From NCBI GenBank assembly GCA_965216875.1, contig OZ244207.1, positions 1,248,001-1,312,000 on the forward strand: a DNA stretch of 64,000 nucleotides, written 5' to 3'. The notes under the pieces are model-generated. The model was not told the origin of the DNA and made no database searches. It saw nothing but the letters and a program-made list of their open reading frames with translations. Both the position numbers and the translations under genes were made by a program. The DNA comes from Rubripirellula sp. GTDB taxonomy: Bacteria > Planctomycetota > Planctomycetia > Pirellulales > Pirellulaceae. Position 1 is the stretch's first letter, and every line of letters starts with the position of its first letter. Positions 8,593 through 17,473 of this stretch are shown here, piece by piece.

Positions 8593-9309
8593 ATGCAACA
8601 GATCAAATTCCGCGGCTATCGCCTCCACCACCGAAACCGCGAGGCGACTGAATCGATGATTCGCCAAAGCGAGCAGTTCGCCGCCTTTTTCAATCCTGCC
8701 GACGACCGGCCATTGATCATCGACTGTGGCGCCAACATCGGCGTCACCGTGCTCGATTGGAAAAGCCGTTGGCCGGGAGCACGAATCGTCTGCTTCGAAC
8801 CTGACCCGTTCGCCTTTGAACTGTTGCAAAAGAACATCGACGCCAACGACATTCCCGACGTGCGCTGCATCAACGCGGCCGTCGCGGGCGAAGAGGGCAC
8901 GACAACGCTCTTCGGTGACATCTCACGCGATGGCGATGCACGCGGCAATTCGATCGATCCAAACTGGGGCGACCGGGGCGACAGCGGCCAAGTTGTGGTC
9001 GCCTGCAAACGATTGTCACGCTTCCTGACCGAACGCGTCGACTTTCTAAAACTTGATGTTGAAGGAGTCGAGCAGCAAGTGATTGATGAAATCACCGATC
9101 AGCTCCGTCTCGTCCACGCGATGTACATCGAAGTGCACGAGACGCAGGCAGGTGACAATGGTGAGGCAGCCATTCGCCGTCAAGTCGAAACCGCAGGATT
9201 CAAAATCGAATCGGAACCACGCTACAAACCCCACGCACTGCCCGAACACTTGGCGGATTGGGCCGAGTCGGTCGGAGCTAGGCAAAGCCAATTGTTGTGT
9301 TGGCGATAG
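8593..9309 (+). CDS. FkbM-family SAM-dependent methyltransferase
   Basis: IIDCGANIG, FEPDP and FLKLDVEGVE motifs; ATG at 8593. Confidence 0.85.
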   Translation: MQQIKFRGYRLHHRNREATESMIRQSEQFAAFFNPADDRPLIIDCGANIGVTVLDWKSRWPGARIVCFEPDPFAFELLQKNIDANDIPDVRCINAAVAGEEGTTTLFGDISRDGDARGNSIDPNWGDRGDSGQVVVACKRLSRFLTERVDFLKLDVEGVEQQVIDEITDQLRLVHAMYIEVHETQAGDNGEAAIRRQVETAGFKIESEPRYKPHALPEHLADWAESVGARQSQLLCWR

Positions 9310-9333
9310 TAGGGTGCCGTGCTTGCACGCACC
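9309..9333 (+). repeat. GTAG-type REP
   Basis: GTAGGGTGCCGTGCTTGCACGCACC; related inverted copies at 55970-56043. Confidence 0.65.
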
Positions 9334-9358
9334 ACATCTACTTGCGGTACCGTGCGCG

Positions 9359-11305
9359 TTACGGAAGCTTCAGTCGATAGTGAACGACACCGTCGTTGCC
9401 TACCAACCGAATGTCCGAAATCTCGATTCTCCCGGGGCCGCGCGATGGATCGATCCGTACCGCGACGAGCGGGCTCGTAGTTTCAAACGCAATGGCATAC
9501 TGATGCGGCTTGCCATCGTTCGTGACTTTAAAGGATTGACTGCGGTCGATTTTGAAGGGCCCGCCATCGAGCTGCTGCCAATAGAGTTGACCGCTTCCCG
9601 AACAACGGGAGGTCATCGTGAACTGCAACGTAAAGGATGTTTGATCGATCGGCCTGGGCATTTGGTGGCTGAGGTAGGGATCTTTGCCCGAACTGTTGAC
9701 CTGCAACGCTCCGTTGGACGCCGACAAGGTACACGTGCCTCCAGGTTGCCATCCGGCGACTGCTTTACCACGCGGCTTAGCGCCCGATTTCTTTTGTCCC
9801 CTGGCACCTCCTTTTAAGCTGGCTTTGCCCTCTTGTGAGATGTCGTATTTCGACGAATCAAACCTCGGATTGGGTAGGGGCCGAACTGCGTCGGTCGCGA
9901 CCAGGTGTTCTTCGATCAGGGCGTCGAGATGTTGCACGCGATCGGCGAAGTGGTCAGCAAGATTGTGTTGCTCGCCAATGTCGTCTTTGAGATTGAACAG
10001 CTTGTATCGATGGGCTCCATCGTCACCACCGTGGAAGATGCGGATCAGTTTCCAGTCGCCTTGATGCACGCTGGCCGCCGGGGGTAACCAGTCTGGCACA
10101 CCGGGCGCGTGAGGGAAGTAAGTGAAGATGGCTTTGCGTGTGAGTGGCCGACCTTTCAACGCAGGAACGATGCTGGTGCCATCGAAGGTTTGATTGGGCT
10201 GGGCGTCGATCGACAACATTTCGAGTAGCGTTGGATAAAAATCGCTGCTTTGGATGATCTCATCGCATGTGGAACCTTCATCGATCGATCCTGGTTGTAC
10301 CACGATCGCCGGTCCACGCACGCCTCCTTCGTACATCGTTGCTTTGCCGCCACGAAGTGGTGTGTTACTTGTCGCGGTCCCGCCGTCGACAAGGTTGTAC
10401 ATGTTTCCCCCATTGTCGGACGCAAAGATGATGATGGTGTTGTCAGCGATCTTTAGGCGATCGAGTGTGTCGAGCAGCGTCCCAACGGCATCGTCCATGC
10501 TCTCGATCATCGCCGCATAGGTTGGACTGCGTTGCGGCTGATTGGGATCGATCCGTTTCTTGTATTTGTCGATCAGCGATTGCTTGGCATCAAACGGAGC
10601 ATGAACGCTGAACATCCAATAGTTCAAAAAGAACGATTCGTCTTTGTGTTGTTCCATGAAGGCAACGGCTTCCTTTGCCATCCGGTCTTCGATGTGTTCG
10701 TCAGGAATGTCGGGATCGTGATCAAAGTCCTTGAAACGCCACGGTGCCACATAACTGCCCGCCGGCCCAGGGCCAGGGTGATGGGGGACATCGACATCAA
10801 AGCCGTGCTCGAGTGGTGAATAGGGTTCGGCACCTAGATGCCACTTGCCAAAATGCCCCGTCGCATAGCCGTTGTCCTTGAACATCTCGGCGAGCGTGTA
10901 GTAGCGGGTATCAAGTCGCGTGACCGAAGCTGGTACGGTCGAAAACTTGTTGGGCGGTGCAATGGTTGAGGGGCTAGCTTGTAAAACCACCTTGGGCAGA
11001 TGGCATGTCGGAGAGGTGATGCCGTGACGCGCGGGGCTGAGGCCGGTGAGAAGACTCGCCCGGGTCGGTGAACAGAGCGGGCTCGAGGAATAGGCTCGAC
11101 GGAAAGTCATCCCACGCTTTGCCAGTCGCTCGATATTCGGAGTTTGGTAAAGCGTGGTTGTGCCGTAGAGCGTTGTGTCGCTCCAGCCGAGATCGTCGGC
11201 AAGAATCAAGACGACGTTGGGTTTGTGTTCGTCGGCGACGAGAGGCACGCAGGGAATCGCGGCGACAAACAGAGACAACAACAAAGGTTTTACAAAGTGA
11301 AGCAT
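9359..11305 (-). CDS. Secreted formylglycine-dependent sulfatase (S1) with C-terminal beta-sandwich module
   Basis: Signal peptide; [25 protein letters not shown] (CxPxR), [13 protein letters not shown] and SDNGG motifs. Confidence 0.92.
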   Translation of the reverse strand: MLHFVKPLLLSLFVAAIPCVPLVADEHKPNVVLILADDLGWSDTTLYGTTTLYQTPNIERLAKRGMTFRRAYSSSPLCSPTRASLLTGLSPARHGITSPTCHLPKVVLQASPSTIAPPNKFSTVPASVTRLDTRYYTLAEMFKDNGYATGHFGKWHLGAEPYSPLEHGFDVDVPHHPGPGPAGSYVAPWRFKDFDHDPDIPDEHIEDRMAKEAVAFMEQHKDESFFLNYWMFSVHAPFDAKQSLIDKYKKRIDPNQPQRSPTYAAMIESMDDAVGTLLDTLDRLKIADNTIIIFASDNGGNMYNLVDGGTATSNTPLRGGKATMYEGGVRGPAIVVQPGSIDEGSTCDEIIQSSDFYPTLLEMLSIDAQPNQTFDGTSIVPALKGRPLTRKAIFTYFPHAPGVPDWLPPAASVHQGDWKLIRIFHGGDDGAHRYKLFNLKDDIGEQHNLADHFADRVQHLDALIEEHLVATDAVRPLPNPRFDSSKYDISQEGKASLKGGARGQKKSGAKPRGKAVAGWQPGGTCTLSASNGALQVNSSGKDPYLSHQMPRPIDQTSFTLQFTMTSRCSGSGQLYWQQLDGGPFKIDRSQSFKVTNDGKPHQYAIAFETTSPLVAVRIDPSRGPGRIEISDIRLVGNDGVVHYRLKLP

Positions 11306-11380
11306 GGTGCAGAGAGCGTGTGGTGGATGGTAGGGAATCAAGATTGTAGTCCCGAAAACGCCCAGCTGTGTTCAATCGGT

Positions 11381-11538
11381 GAGCCGCGATCGCGGCAGCG
11401 GCCGGGCCCCTGTTCGAATGATTCCCGTAGCTACGCTCGCCAGAGCGTGGGGCGTCACAGCGTGACCAACCAAAACGATCCACACTGCGCCGCCATAGAT
11501 CTCGACGCACGGAATGTGTCATGCGGAGCATGGCCTAC
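11381..11538. repeat. Mixed REP-like repeat cluster
   Basis: GAGCCGCGATCGCG..CGGCCGGGCCC; CCGTAGCTACGCTCGCCAGAGCGTGG; GTCATGCGGAGCATGGCCTAC (11518-11538, a GTAG-hairpin REP). Confidence 0.8.
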
Positions 11539-12395
11539 TTTTCGATTGGCACGCCGTCTTCCTTGCCCCACTGCGACCAACCGCGAACGTAGACCTTGAC
11601 TTTGGGATATCCAGCGAGCTCTAGAGCGAAAGCCTCGACCGAGGCTCGACCACCCGACTGTCAGTAACAGACCGTGGTCTGTTCGGGCTCAATCCGGTAT
11701 TCGCGAAAGAGTGCGTCGAGCTGTTTGCGAGACTTGAATCGGCCGTCGTCGGCAATCAAGTGCGTCCACTCAAGGTGAGTCGACTTGGGCACACGCCCCG
11801 CTTTGAATTCGCCATCACTGCGAGTGTCGACGACATGGAATTCATCACTCGTGTGCGATGCGTTGACTTCATCCAAATCGGCGACACGATCCGTTTGGAA
11901 TTCGACGACAAATTCGGTCGCTGCAACGGTTGGGGTTTTCGGTTCGATTCGTAGGTTCGCCTTGGTCCAATGATCCCAGCCACCATCGAGCAGTGCGACG
12001 TTCTTGACACCGACGTATTTCAGTAGCCACCAGATGCGCGCCGAGTTTGAGATGTTGTCGCCATAAACCACGACGCGACTGGTGGAGGTCACGCCAATTT
12101 CACCAACAAGTTTGGACCAATTTGCCGAATCGTTGAGCCCGTTTGGAGAAGTTGCCAAGCCTTTCCAGACGCCGATGTCAACTCGATGGGCACCAGGGAC
12201 ATGCCCCTCGCGGTAGTTATCCTCACTACGAACATCGAGCACAACCAAGTCGCCCGAACCGAGTGACTGAGAAAGTTGCTGAACCGATACGAGCATTTTT
12301 CCTCGGTCTTGTGAAGGTGCTTGCGCAAACGTCAGCCCCTGGGTGAAGAGCAAAGTCACAGCGGCAAAGGGAAAAAGTAGTTGATGTGGATTCAT
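11535..12395 (-). CDS. Exported tandem-domain rhodanese/sulfurtransferase, probable selenoprotein (UGA=Sec at 11661-11663)
   Basis: Signal peptide and two rhodanese domains (VLDVRS..YREGHVPGA; SARIWWLL; VVDTRS..GRVP). Reading through the UGA gives CY-U-QSGGRASVEAFALELAGYPKVKVYVRGWSQWGKEDGVPIEK*, the canonical rhodanese active-site loop and C-terminal signature. A hairpin follows the UGA. Confidence 0.85.
11627..11660 (-). promoter_or_regulatory. Bacterial SECIS-like hairpin
   Basis: The minus strand after the UGA reads CAGTCGGGTGGTCG-AGCCTC-GGTC-GAGGCT-TTCG: a perfect 6-bp stem with a G-first GGUC loop 20 nt from the UGA. Confidence 0.7.
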
Positions 12396-12817
12396 GTCGA
12401 AGCCGGAGTTCGTTGGGCGTTCCGATGGGATGATCTCTGTCGCACCACACGTTTCCATTGGAGTTTGGGCTTGCTGAAGTTTATCAACATCCCGAGCGTC
12501 AGACCGGTGACTTTGAGATAATTGAGCATCTTTCCAATGTCTTGGTCGCCGATCGTTTTGATCGTCTTCGTGTCTACAACGATGGCGTCAAAACAGATCA
12601 GGTCAGGGATGAAGTCGCCGACCTTCACGGACTTGTATTCGACAGGGTAGTGTTGCTGTTGGACGTGACGGACATTTCGGAGCCCAAACTCGACAACGAG
12701 AGCGTTCTCGTAGATCTTTTCGTGGAAGCCGTGCCCGAGTTCGTTCAGCACCTCCATCGAACTTCCGATGATCTGGTGCGTTTCGTTGCGATAGAGTTCC
12801 TCTTGATCAGCCATCAT
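12392..12817 (-). CDS. GxxExxY protein (PD-(D/E)xK nuclease superfamily)
   Basis: ELGHGFHEKIYENAL (GxxExxY), FIPDLICFDAIVVDTK, NYLK.TGLTLGMLINF; ATG at 12817 or 12814. Confidence 0.9.
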   Translation of the reverse strand: MMADQEELYRNETHQIIGSSMEVLNELGHGFHEKIYENALVVEFGLRNVRHVQQQHYPVEYKSVKVGDFIPDLICFDAIVVDTKTIKTIGDQDIGKMLNYLKVTGLTLGMLINFSKPKLQWKRVVRQRSSHRNAQRTPAST

Positions 12818-12950
12818 TGCCCCTTTGAGTAGCTGGTTCGCAGATGCGGCCAAGACCGCGTTCACCTGAATTGTAGCCGGACATTGCAGCGTCGTTAGAC
12901 GCACGGCTCGAGGACTTGTCTTTGCCCGCAGGTAGGACCAGTGGTGGTGG

Positions 12951-13790
12951 ACCGCAGATGGACGCAAATGAACGCAGATGAATGCGATGCCGAGGGGGAG
13001 TGAATCGAGCAAGGAGGTCGATAAGAGGATCGCCGTTCGCACCCTTCTTGGCAGTTTTTTTGACACCATCTGCGTGTATCTGAGTTCATTTGCGGTCTGG
13101 TGTCTCGTTAGACGGACAGGTGTTCAACCGCAGATAGACGCAAATGAACGCAGATAAAATGCGAAGCCGAGAGGGAGTGAATCGAGCAAGGAATTCGATG
13201 AAAGGATCGCCGTTCGCACCCTTCTTGACAGTTTTTTTGACACCATCTGCGTGTATCTGAGTTCATTTGCGGTCTGGTGTCTCGTTAGACGGACAGGTGT
13301 TCAACCGCAGATAGACGCAAATGAACGCAGATAAAATGCGAAGCCGAGAGGGAGTGAATCGAGCAAGGAATTCGATGAAAGGATCGTCGTTCGCGTCCTT
13401 CTTGGCAGTTTCTTTGACACCATCTGCGTGCATCTGAGTTCATCTGCGGTCTGGTGTCTCGTTGGAGCGAAGGTCGGTGGACCGCAGATAGACGCAGATT
13501 AACGCAGATGAATGTGAAGCCGAGAGGGAGTGAATCGAGCAAGGAATTCGATGAAACGATCGCCGTTCGTGCCCTTATTGGTAGTTTTTTGACACCATCT
13601 GCGTGCATCTGAGTTCATCTGCGGTCCCGGTGTCTCGTTAGACCGACAGTTGGTGAACCGCAGATGGACGCAAATGGATGCGATGCCGAGAGGAATTGAA
13701 TCGAACCAAGAGATCGAGAGCAAACGCATTTCATGTTCTCATTCTTGAATCATTCGATTTGATCTGCGTCTATCTGAGTTCATCAGCGGT
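12951..13790. repeat. Tandem array of five ~176-177-bp units, each bounded by ~30-bp inverted arms of 3x10-bp repeats
   Basis: Units start at 12951, 13127, 13304, 13481 and 13657 (last degenerate). Left arm ACCGCAGATR-GACGCAAATG-AACGCAGATR; right arm CATCTGCGTG-YATCTGAGTT-CATYTGCGGT. Confidence 0.95.
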
Positions 13791-13838
13791 CGCACTTCTC
13801 GCCAGTTCATCAGTCCAGCTCCCTGCAAGTGACTGACT

Positions 13839-15329
13839 CTATTTTGCAGAAGGTGTTGGCTTTTTTCTGGGGCGCTTCCGAGGCGCTGGGACGGGCGGTC
13901 TGGTTGGGAGGGCATCGAGCGGGTCGAAGAACCTCATGTTTGTGCCAACCCTGTCGTAATCGCCCAGGTCTTCACGCATCGATTCGGCAAGCCCCAGTAA
14001 TCTTGAAACCACTTGCGGGTTGTCTTTGGCCACGTTGGTCGTCTCACCGAGGTCGTTATGAAGGTCGACTAGAAACGGTTTTGCAAAACCAACACGGTCC
14101 GCGGGAGCAATGTGCGTGTTCCGGCTGAAGGGGGCGGCTCCCTTCGGCTCCTTTTCTCTTGGTAGATGCAATTTCCATTTCCCCTGACGAACGGCTTGCA
14201 AATGCACGCGAAGGTAATAGAAGTAAGCCTTGTCTGCGTCGGCCTTCTCGAACTCGCCGTGGAAAAGGTGGCGAATGTCGTCGCCGTCAATCGTTCGATC
14301 GGCCGGCACGTCAGCGCCAGCAAGTCCTGCGAACGTTGGCAGGATGTCCATCGTCGTGGCAATCGATTCGCATGTCGTCTTTGCAGGGACACGACCGGGC
14401 GCCCATAGGATCGTGGGCACACGCACGCCACCTTCAAAGGTCGATACCTTGCCGCTTCGAAGCGGGCCCGCCGATCCGCCATGGTCGGTAGGCAAGTGGC
14501 CGTCCTTGTGGTTTTTGTTCTTGATCAACCATGGGCCGTTGTCACTGGTGAACAGCACGTACGTGTTCTCAGACAACTCGAGTTCGTTGAGCGTATCGAG
14601 GATTCTGCCCACGTTGTGGTCGATCTCTTCAATGACGTCGCCGTAGAGACCACGCTTGCTCTTGCCTTTGAATTTCGCCGAAGCATCCAGACGCGTGTGT
14701 GGCATCGTGTGCGGGATGTAGACGAAGAACGGTGCTTGCTGGTTCTTCTTGATGAAGGCGATCGCTTCATCGGTGTAGCGCTCCGTCAATGTTGCCATGT
14801 TTGCGGCAGGTTCGATCAGCTCTTCGTTTCGGTAGAGATTGGCCAGTCGATCGTTGCTGGTGGGGGTGCCGAAGAAGTAGTCAAATCCTTGACGGGTAGG
14901 AAACAGATCGATGAAGAATCCTGATTGAGCATGTTTGGCCAAGTCCCATTTCCCGAAGCAGGCCGTTGCATACCCTTGCGTTTTGAGGACTTCGGCGACC
15001 GTGATTTCATCTTCGTGCAGGACGGGATGAATCTGTTTGGTGTGCCCACGTTCCGCCACACGCATCGGATAGCAACCTGTCATCAGCGCCGCTCGCGACG
15101 GCCCACAAACTGGCTGAGCATAGAAGCTCGTGAACTTCATGCCTTGTCTTGCCATCGCATCGAGTCGCGGCGTGCGAATGTCGGGCGAGCCGAAGCAACC
15201 GACGTCTTGGTACCCTTGGTCATCGGTGAAGATAATGACGAAGTTGGGCTTTTCGGCAGCAACGCAATCGTTAGTTATCGGAATGCCGACAAGAGCGAGG
15301 ACGATCCATGACGCGAGTGAGCGATTCAT
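13839..15329 (-). CDS. Secreted arylsulfatase (S1 family)
   Basis: Signal peptide; KPNFVIIFTDDQG, VCGPSRAALMTG, FGKWDL and TSDNGPW motifs. Confidence 0.92.
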   Translation of the reverse strand: MNRSLASWIVLALVGIPITNDCVAAEKPNFVIIFTDDQGYQDVGCFGSPDIRTPRLDAMARQGMKFTSFYAQPVCGPSRAALMTGCYPMRVAERGHTKQIHPVLHEDEITVAEVLKTQGYATACFGKWDLAKHAQSGFFIDLFPTRQGFDYFFGTPTSNDRLANLYRNEELIEPAANMATLTERYTDEAIAFIKKNQQAPFFVYIPHTMPHTRLDASAKFKGKSKRGLYGDVIEEIDHNVGRILDTLNELELSENTYVLFTSDNGPWLIKNKNHKDGHLPTDHGGSAGPLRSGKVSTFEGGVRVPTILWAPGRVPAKTTCESIATTMDILPTFAGLAGADVPADRTIDGDDIRHLFHGEFEKADADKAYFYYLRVHLQAVRQGKWKLHLPREKEPKGAAPFSRNTHIAPADRVGFAKPFLVDLHNDLGETTNVAKDNPQVVSRLLGLAESMREDLGDYDRVGTNMRFFDPLDALPTRPPVPAPRKRPRKKPTPSAK

Positions 15330-16361
15330 CTAATTGCCTGCGAGTTTTAGTTTTCCAACTTGAACGGCAGCACCCATGTTGGCGATCCCGGGACCAACAT
15401 AGTCTTTTCCGAACGGCAGGATCATCGGTTCCTCGTAGGGCCGATGCGGCACCATCGCAGCAAGCTCGTCGAGGCGAGCGAGGAGATCTTGCGGCAACGG
15501 GCCTTTTTCGACGGCTGCAACGCTTGCTTCGAGGTGTTCAACCGTTTTGCAGCCGATCGGGATGGTTGAAACCGCGGGATTCGACAGCGCGAATCGGAGG
15601 CACATTTCGTAAGCTGGCATCCCACTCTGGTCGAGCAGATCGTAATAGCCGAGCAGTTGTTTTCGTCGTGATTCAGCAAGCCAAATCGGTTTCGCGCGGA
15701 CCTCGTCGTCGGCGCGGCGAGTGAGAAAACCCTGTCCAAAGGCCGATCCGAGGACGATCCCCATGTCTCGTTCGACGGCAGCAGGGATCACAGTCGCAGC
15801 AGCTTCGCGAAAGAGCACGTTGTAGTTGAAGGCGGTCAACACAACGTCAAACAGATCGCTCTGGACCAACGAGGTCATCTCGGTAACGGTGGTTCCAGCC
15901 AATCCGGTGTAGCGGATTTTGCCCTCTGTTTTCAGTTCGGACATGAGCTCCAATGCTGGACCGCCAAGCGGATCGTAGCTCGTCCACCACGGGTACTGTT
16001 GAGGTCGGTCAGGTTCGTGGACCATCAGGATGTCGATGTGATCGCGTCCAAGTAGCCGCAGACTTTCATCCACGGATTGACGTAGGCCGTCGATGTCCTG
16101 GGGGTCGAAGGGCTGAGGGCGTCCGCCGAGTTTGGTTGTAATGATCAACGGAGCATCGAGACCTTTGATCGCCTCGCCAACTGTTTTTTCGCTGTCGGCA
16201 TAGGCCGGAGCGGTATCAATCGCGTTGATCCCCAGCTCAATTGCCTTTCGCATGATGCGACTGGTTTCGCGAGTGCCTCCAGCGAGCGAGGAGGTGTAGA
16301 GACCGCCGATGGAAAGGAGACTGATATCGAGGTTCGTCCGGCCAAGTCGTCTTGTTTCCAT
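15330..16361 (-). CDS. Aldo/keto reductase
   Basis: RRLGRTNL.IS.L..GG, IDTAPAY..SE, TTKLG and SLRLLGRDHIDILMVH motifs; stop codon abuts the sulfatase start. Confidence 0.9.
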   Translation of the reverse strand: METRRLGRTNLDISLLSIGGLYTSSLAGGTRETSRIMRKAIELGINAIDTAPAYADSEKTVGEAIKGLDAPLIITTKLGGRPQPFDPQDIDGLRQSVDESLRLLGRDHIDILMVHEPDRPQQYPWWTSYDPLGGPALELMSELKTEGKIRYTGLAGTTVTEMTSLVQSDLFDVVLTAFNYNVLFREAAATVIPAAVERDMGIVLGSAFGQGFLTRRADDEVRAKPIWLAESRRKQLLGYYDLLDQSGMPAYEMCLRFALSNPAVSTIPIGCKTVEHLEASVAAVEKGPLPQDLLARLDELAAMVPHRPYEEPMILPFGKDYVGPGIANMGAAVQVGKLKLAGN

Positions 16362-16663
16362 CGTTCCCTGTCCCTTTCCGAGCGTCGAACCGCAGCCAGC
16401 TCATAGCCACAGCGGCATTGATGTTGGAGCCAGCCCTATTGTTGCCGCTGCAGCTGGCATGTCGAGAATAGAATGCGACATGGCATTAATGGTTTGCGAC
16501 ACAACGGCAAACGCATTGCCACGCGAACGCAGCGGTACGGTTTGGCCGCAGGTGTTCGGAAGCGTTACACTCGGCTAGAGAAAGCTGGCGAACGATCGTC
16601 GGCGAACCAGCAAAACAAGGATGACGCCGCCCGTCATCTGGCAAAAGCAAGGCGACGATCAGC

Positions 16664-17422
16664 ATGAAGTTGGCGTGTATCCATTCCAGTTCCGACCGAG
16701 CGAAGACCACCTACGAGCAGCTCTCGCGAAAGATCGATTTTGTCGATGCGAACGAGGCTGATGTGATCCTCGCCTTGGGCGGTGATGGACTGATGCTGCA
16801 TGCGTTGCACAAGTTCCTCGATTTGGACACGCCGATTTATGGGCTCAACTGCGGGACAGTTGGCTTCTTGATGAATCAGCAAAGCGAGGAAGACCTCGTC
16901 GAGCGAGTTCGTGCGGCGGAGGCTTCGTCTCTGTTTCCACTGCGAACGGAAGTGACGACCGTGAGCGGCGAAACTCACGAACAACTTGCGTTCAATGAGG
17001 TTTCGGTCATACGCCATAGTGGTCAAACGGCGAACCTTCGCCTCGCAATCAATGGTGTCCAACGCATGGAAAAACTTGCATGTGATGGGCTGTTGGTGGC
17101 GACCCCGATGGGCAGCACGGCCTACAACCTGTCGGCTCACGGCCCGATCATTCCGTTGGGATCGAATGTCCTCGCGCTCACGCCGGTAAGTCCCTTTCGG
17201 CCGCGACGTTGGCGCGGCGCGTTGTTGCCTTGCACGTCTGTGGTTGAGTTGACGAACCTCGACCCCGCAAAACGCCCACTCGGGGCTTCCGCTGACTTTC
17301 ATGAAGTCCGCGACGTCGTCTCCCTAAGTGTTCGGCAAGACCGTTCCAGGCCATTTCACATCCTGTTCGACCCCAATCAATCGCTGGAAGAACGGATCTT
17401 TCGAGAACAGTTTGCCCACTGA
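16664..17422 (+). CDS. nadK: NAD kinase (short form)
   Basis: LALGGDG, GTVGFLMN, AFNEV and DGLLVATPMGSTAYNLSAHGP motifs. Confidence 0.92.
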   Translation: MKLACIHSSSDRAKTTYEQLSRKIDFVDANEADVILALGGDGLMLHALHKFLDLDTPIYGLNCGTVGFLMNQQSEEDLVERVRAAEASSLFPLRTEVTTVSGETHEQLAFNEVSVIRHSGQTANLRLAINGVQRMEKLACDGLLVATPMGSTAYNLSAHGPIIPLGSNVLALTPVSPFRPRRWRGALLPCTSVVELTNLDPAKRPLGASADFHEVRDVVSLSVRQDRSRPFHILFDPNQSLEERIFREQFAH

Positions 17423-17473
17423 GATTCTGCATGGGCAATGTCGTGACGGATCTGGTTCCTCAACGAATGATGG

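Noticed and set aside
11535..11663. Pseudogene (nonsense mutation) reading of the rhodanese
   Set aside because: Disfavoured but not excluded: the stop is UGA exactly at the catalytic Cys, the downstream frame is intact, and a SECIS-like hairpin follows.
12818..13729. Short ORFs and the GxxExxY N-terminal extension across the repeat array (FICVHLR.SAV peptides)
   Set aside because: These are translations of the DNA repeat; unit lengths of 176/177 bp shift the frame.
12951..13790. CRISPR array
   Set aside because: The intervening sequences are near-identical rather than unique spacers, the arms are inverted, and there are no cas genes.
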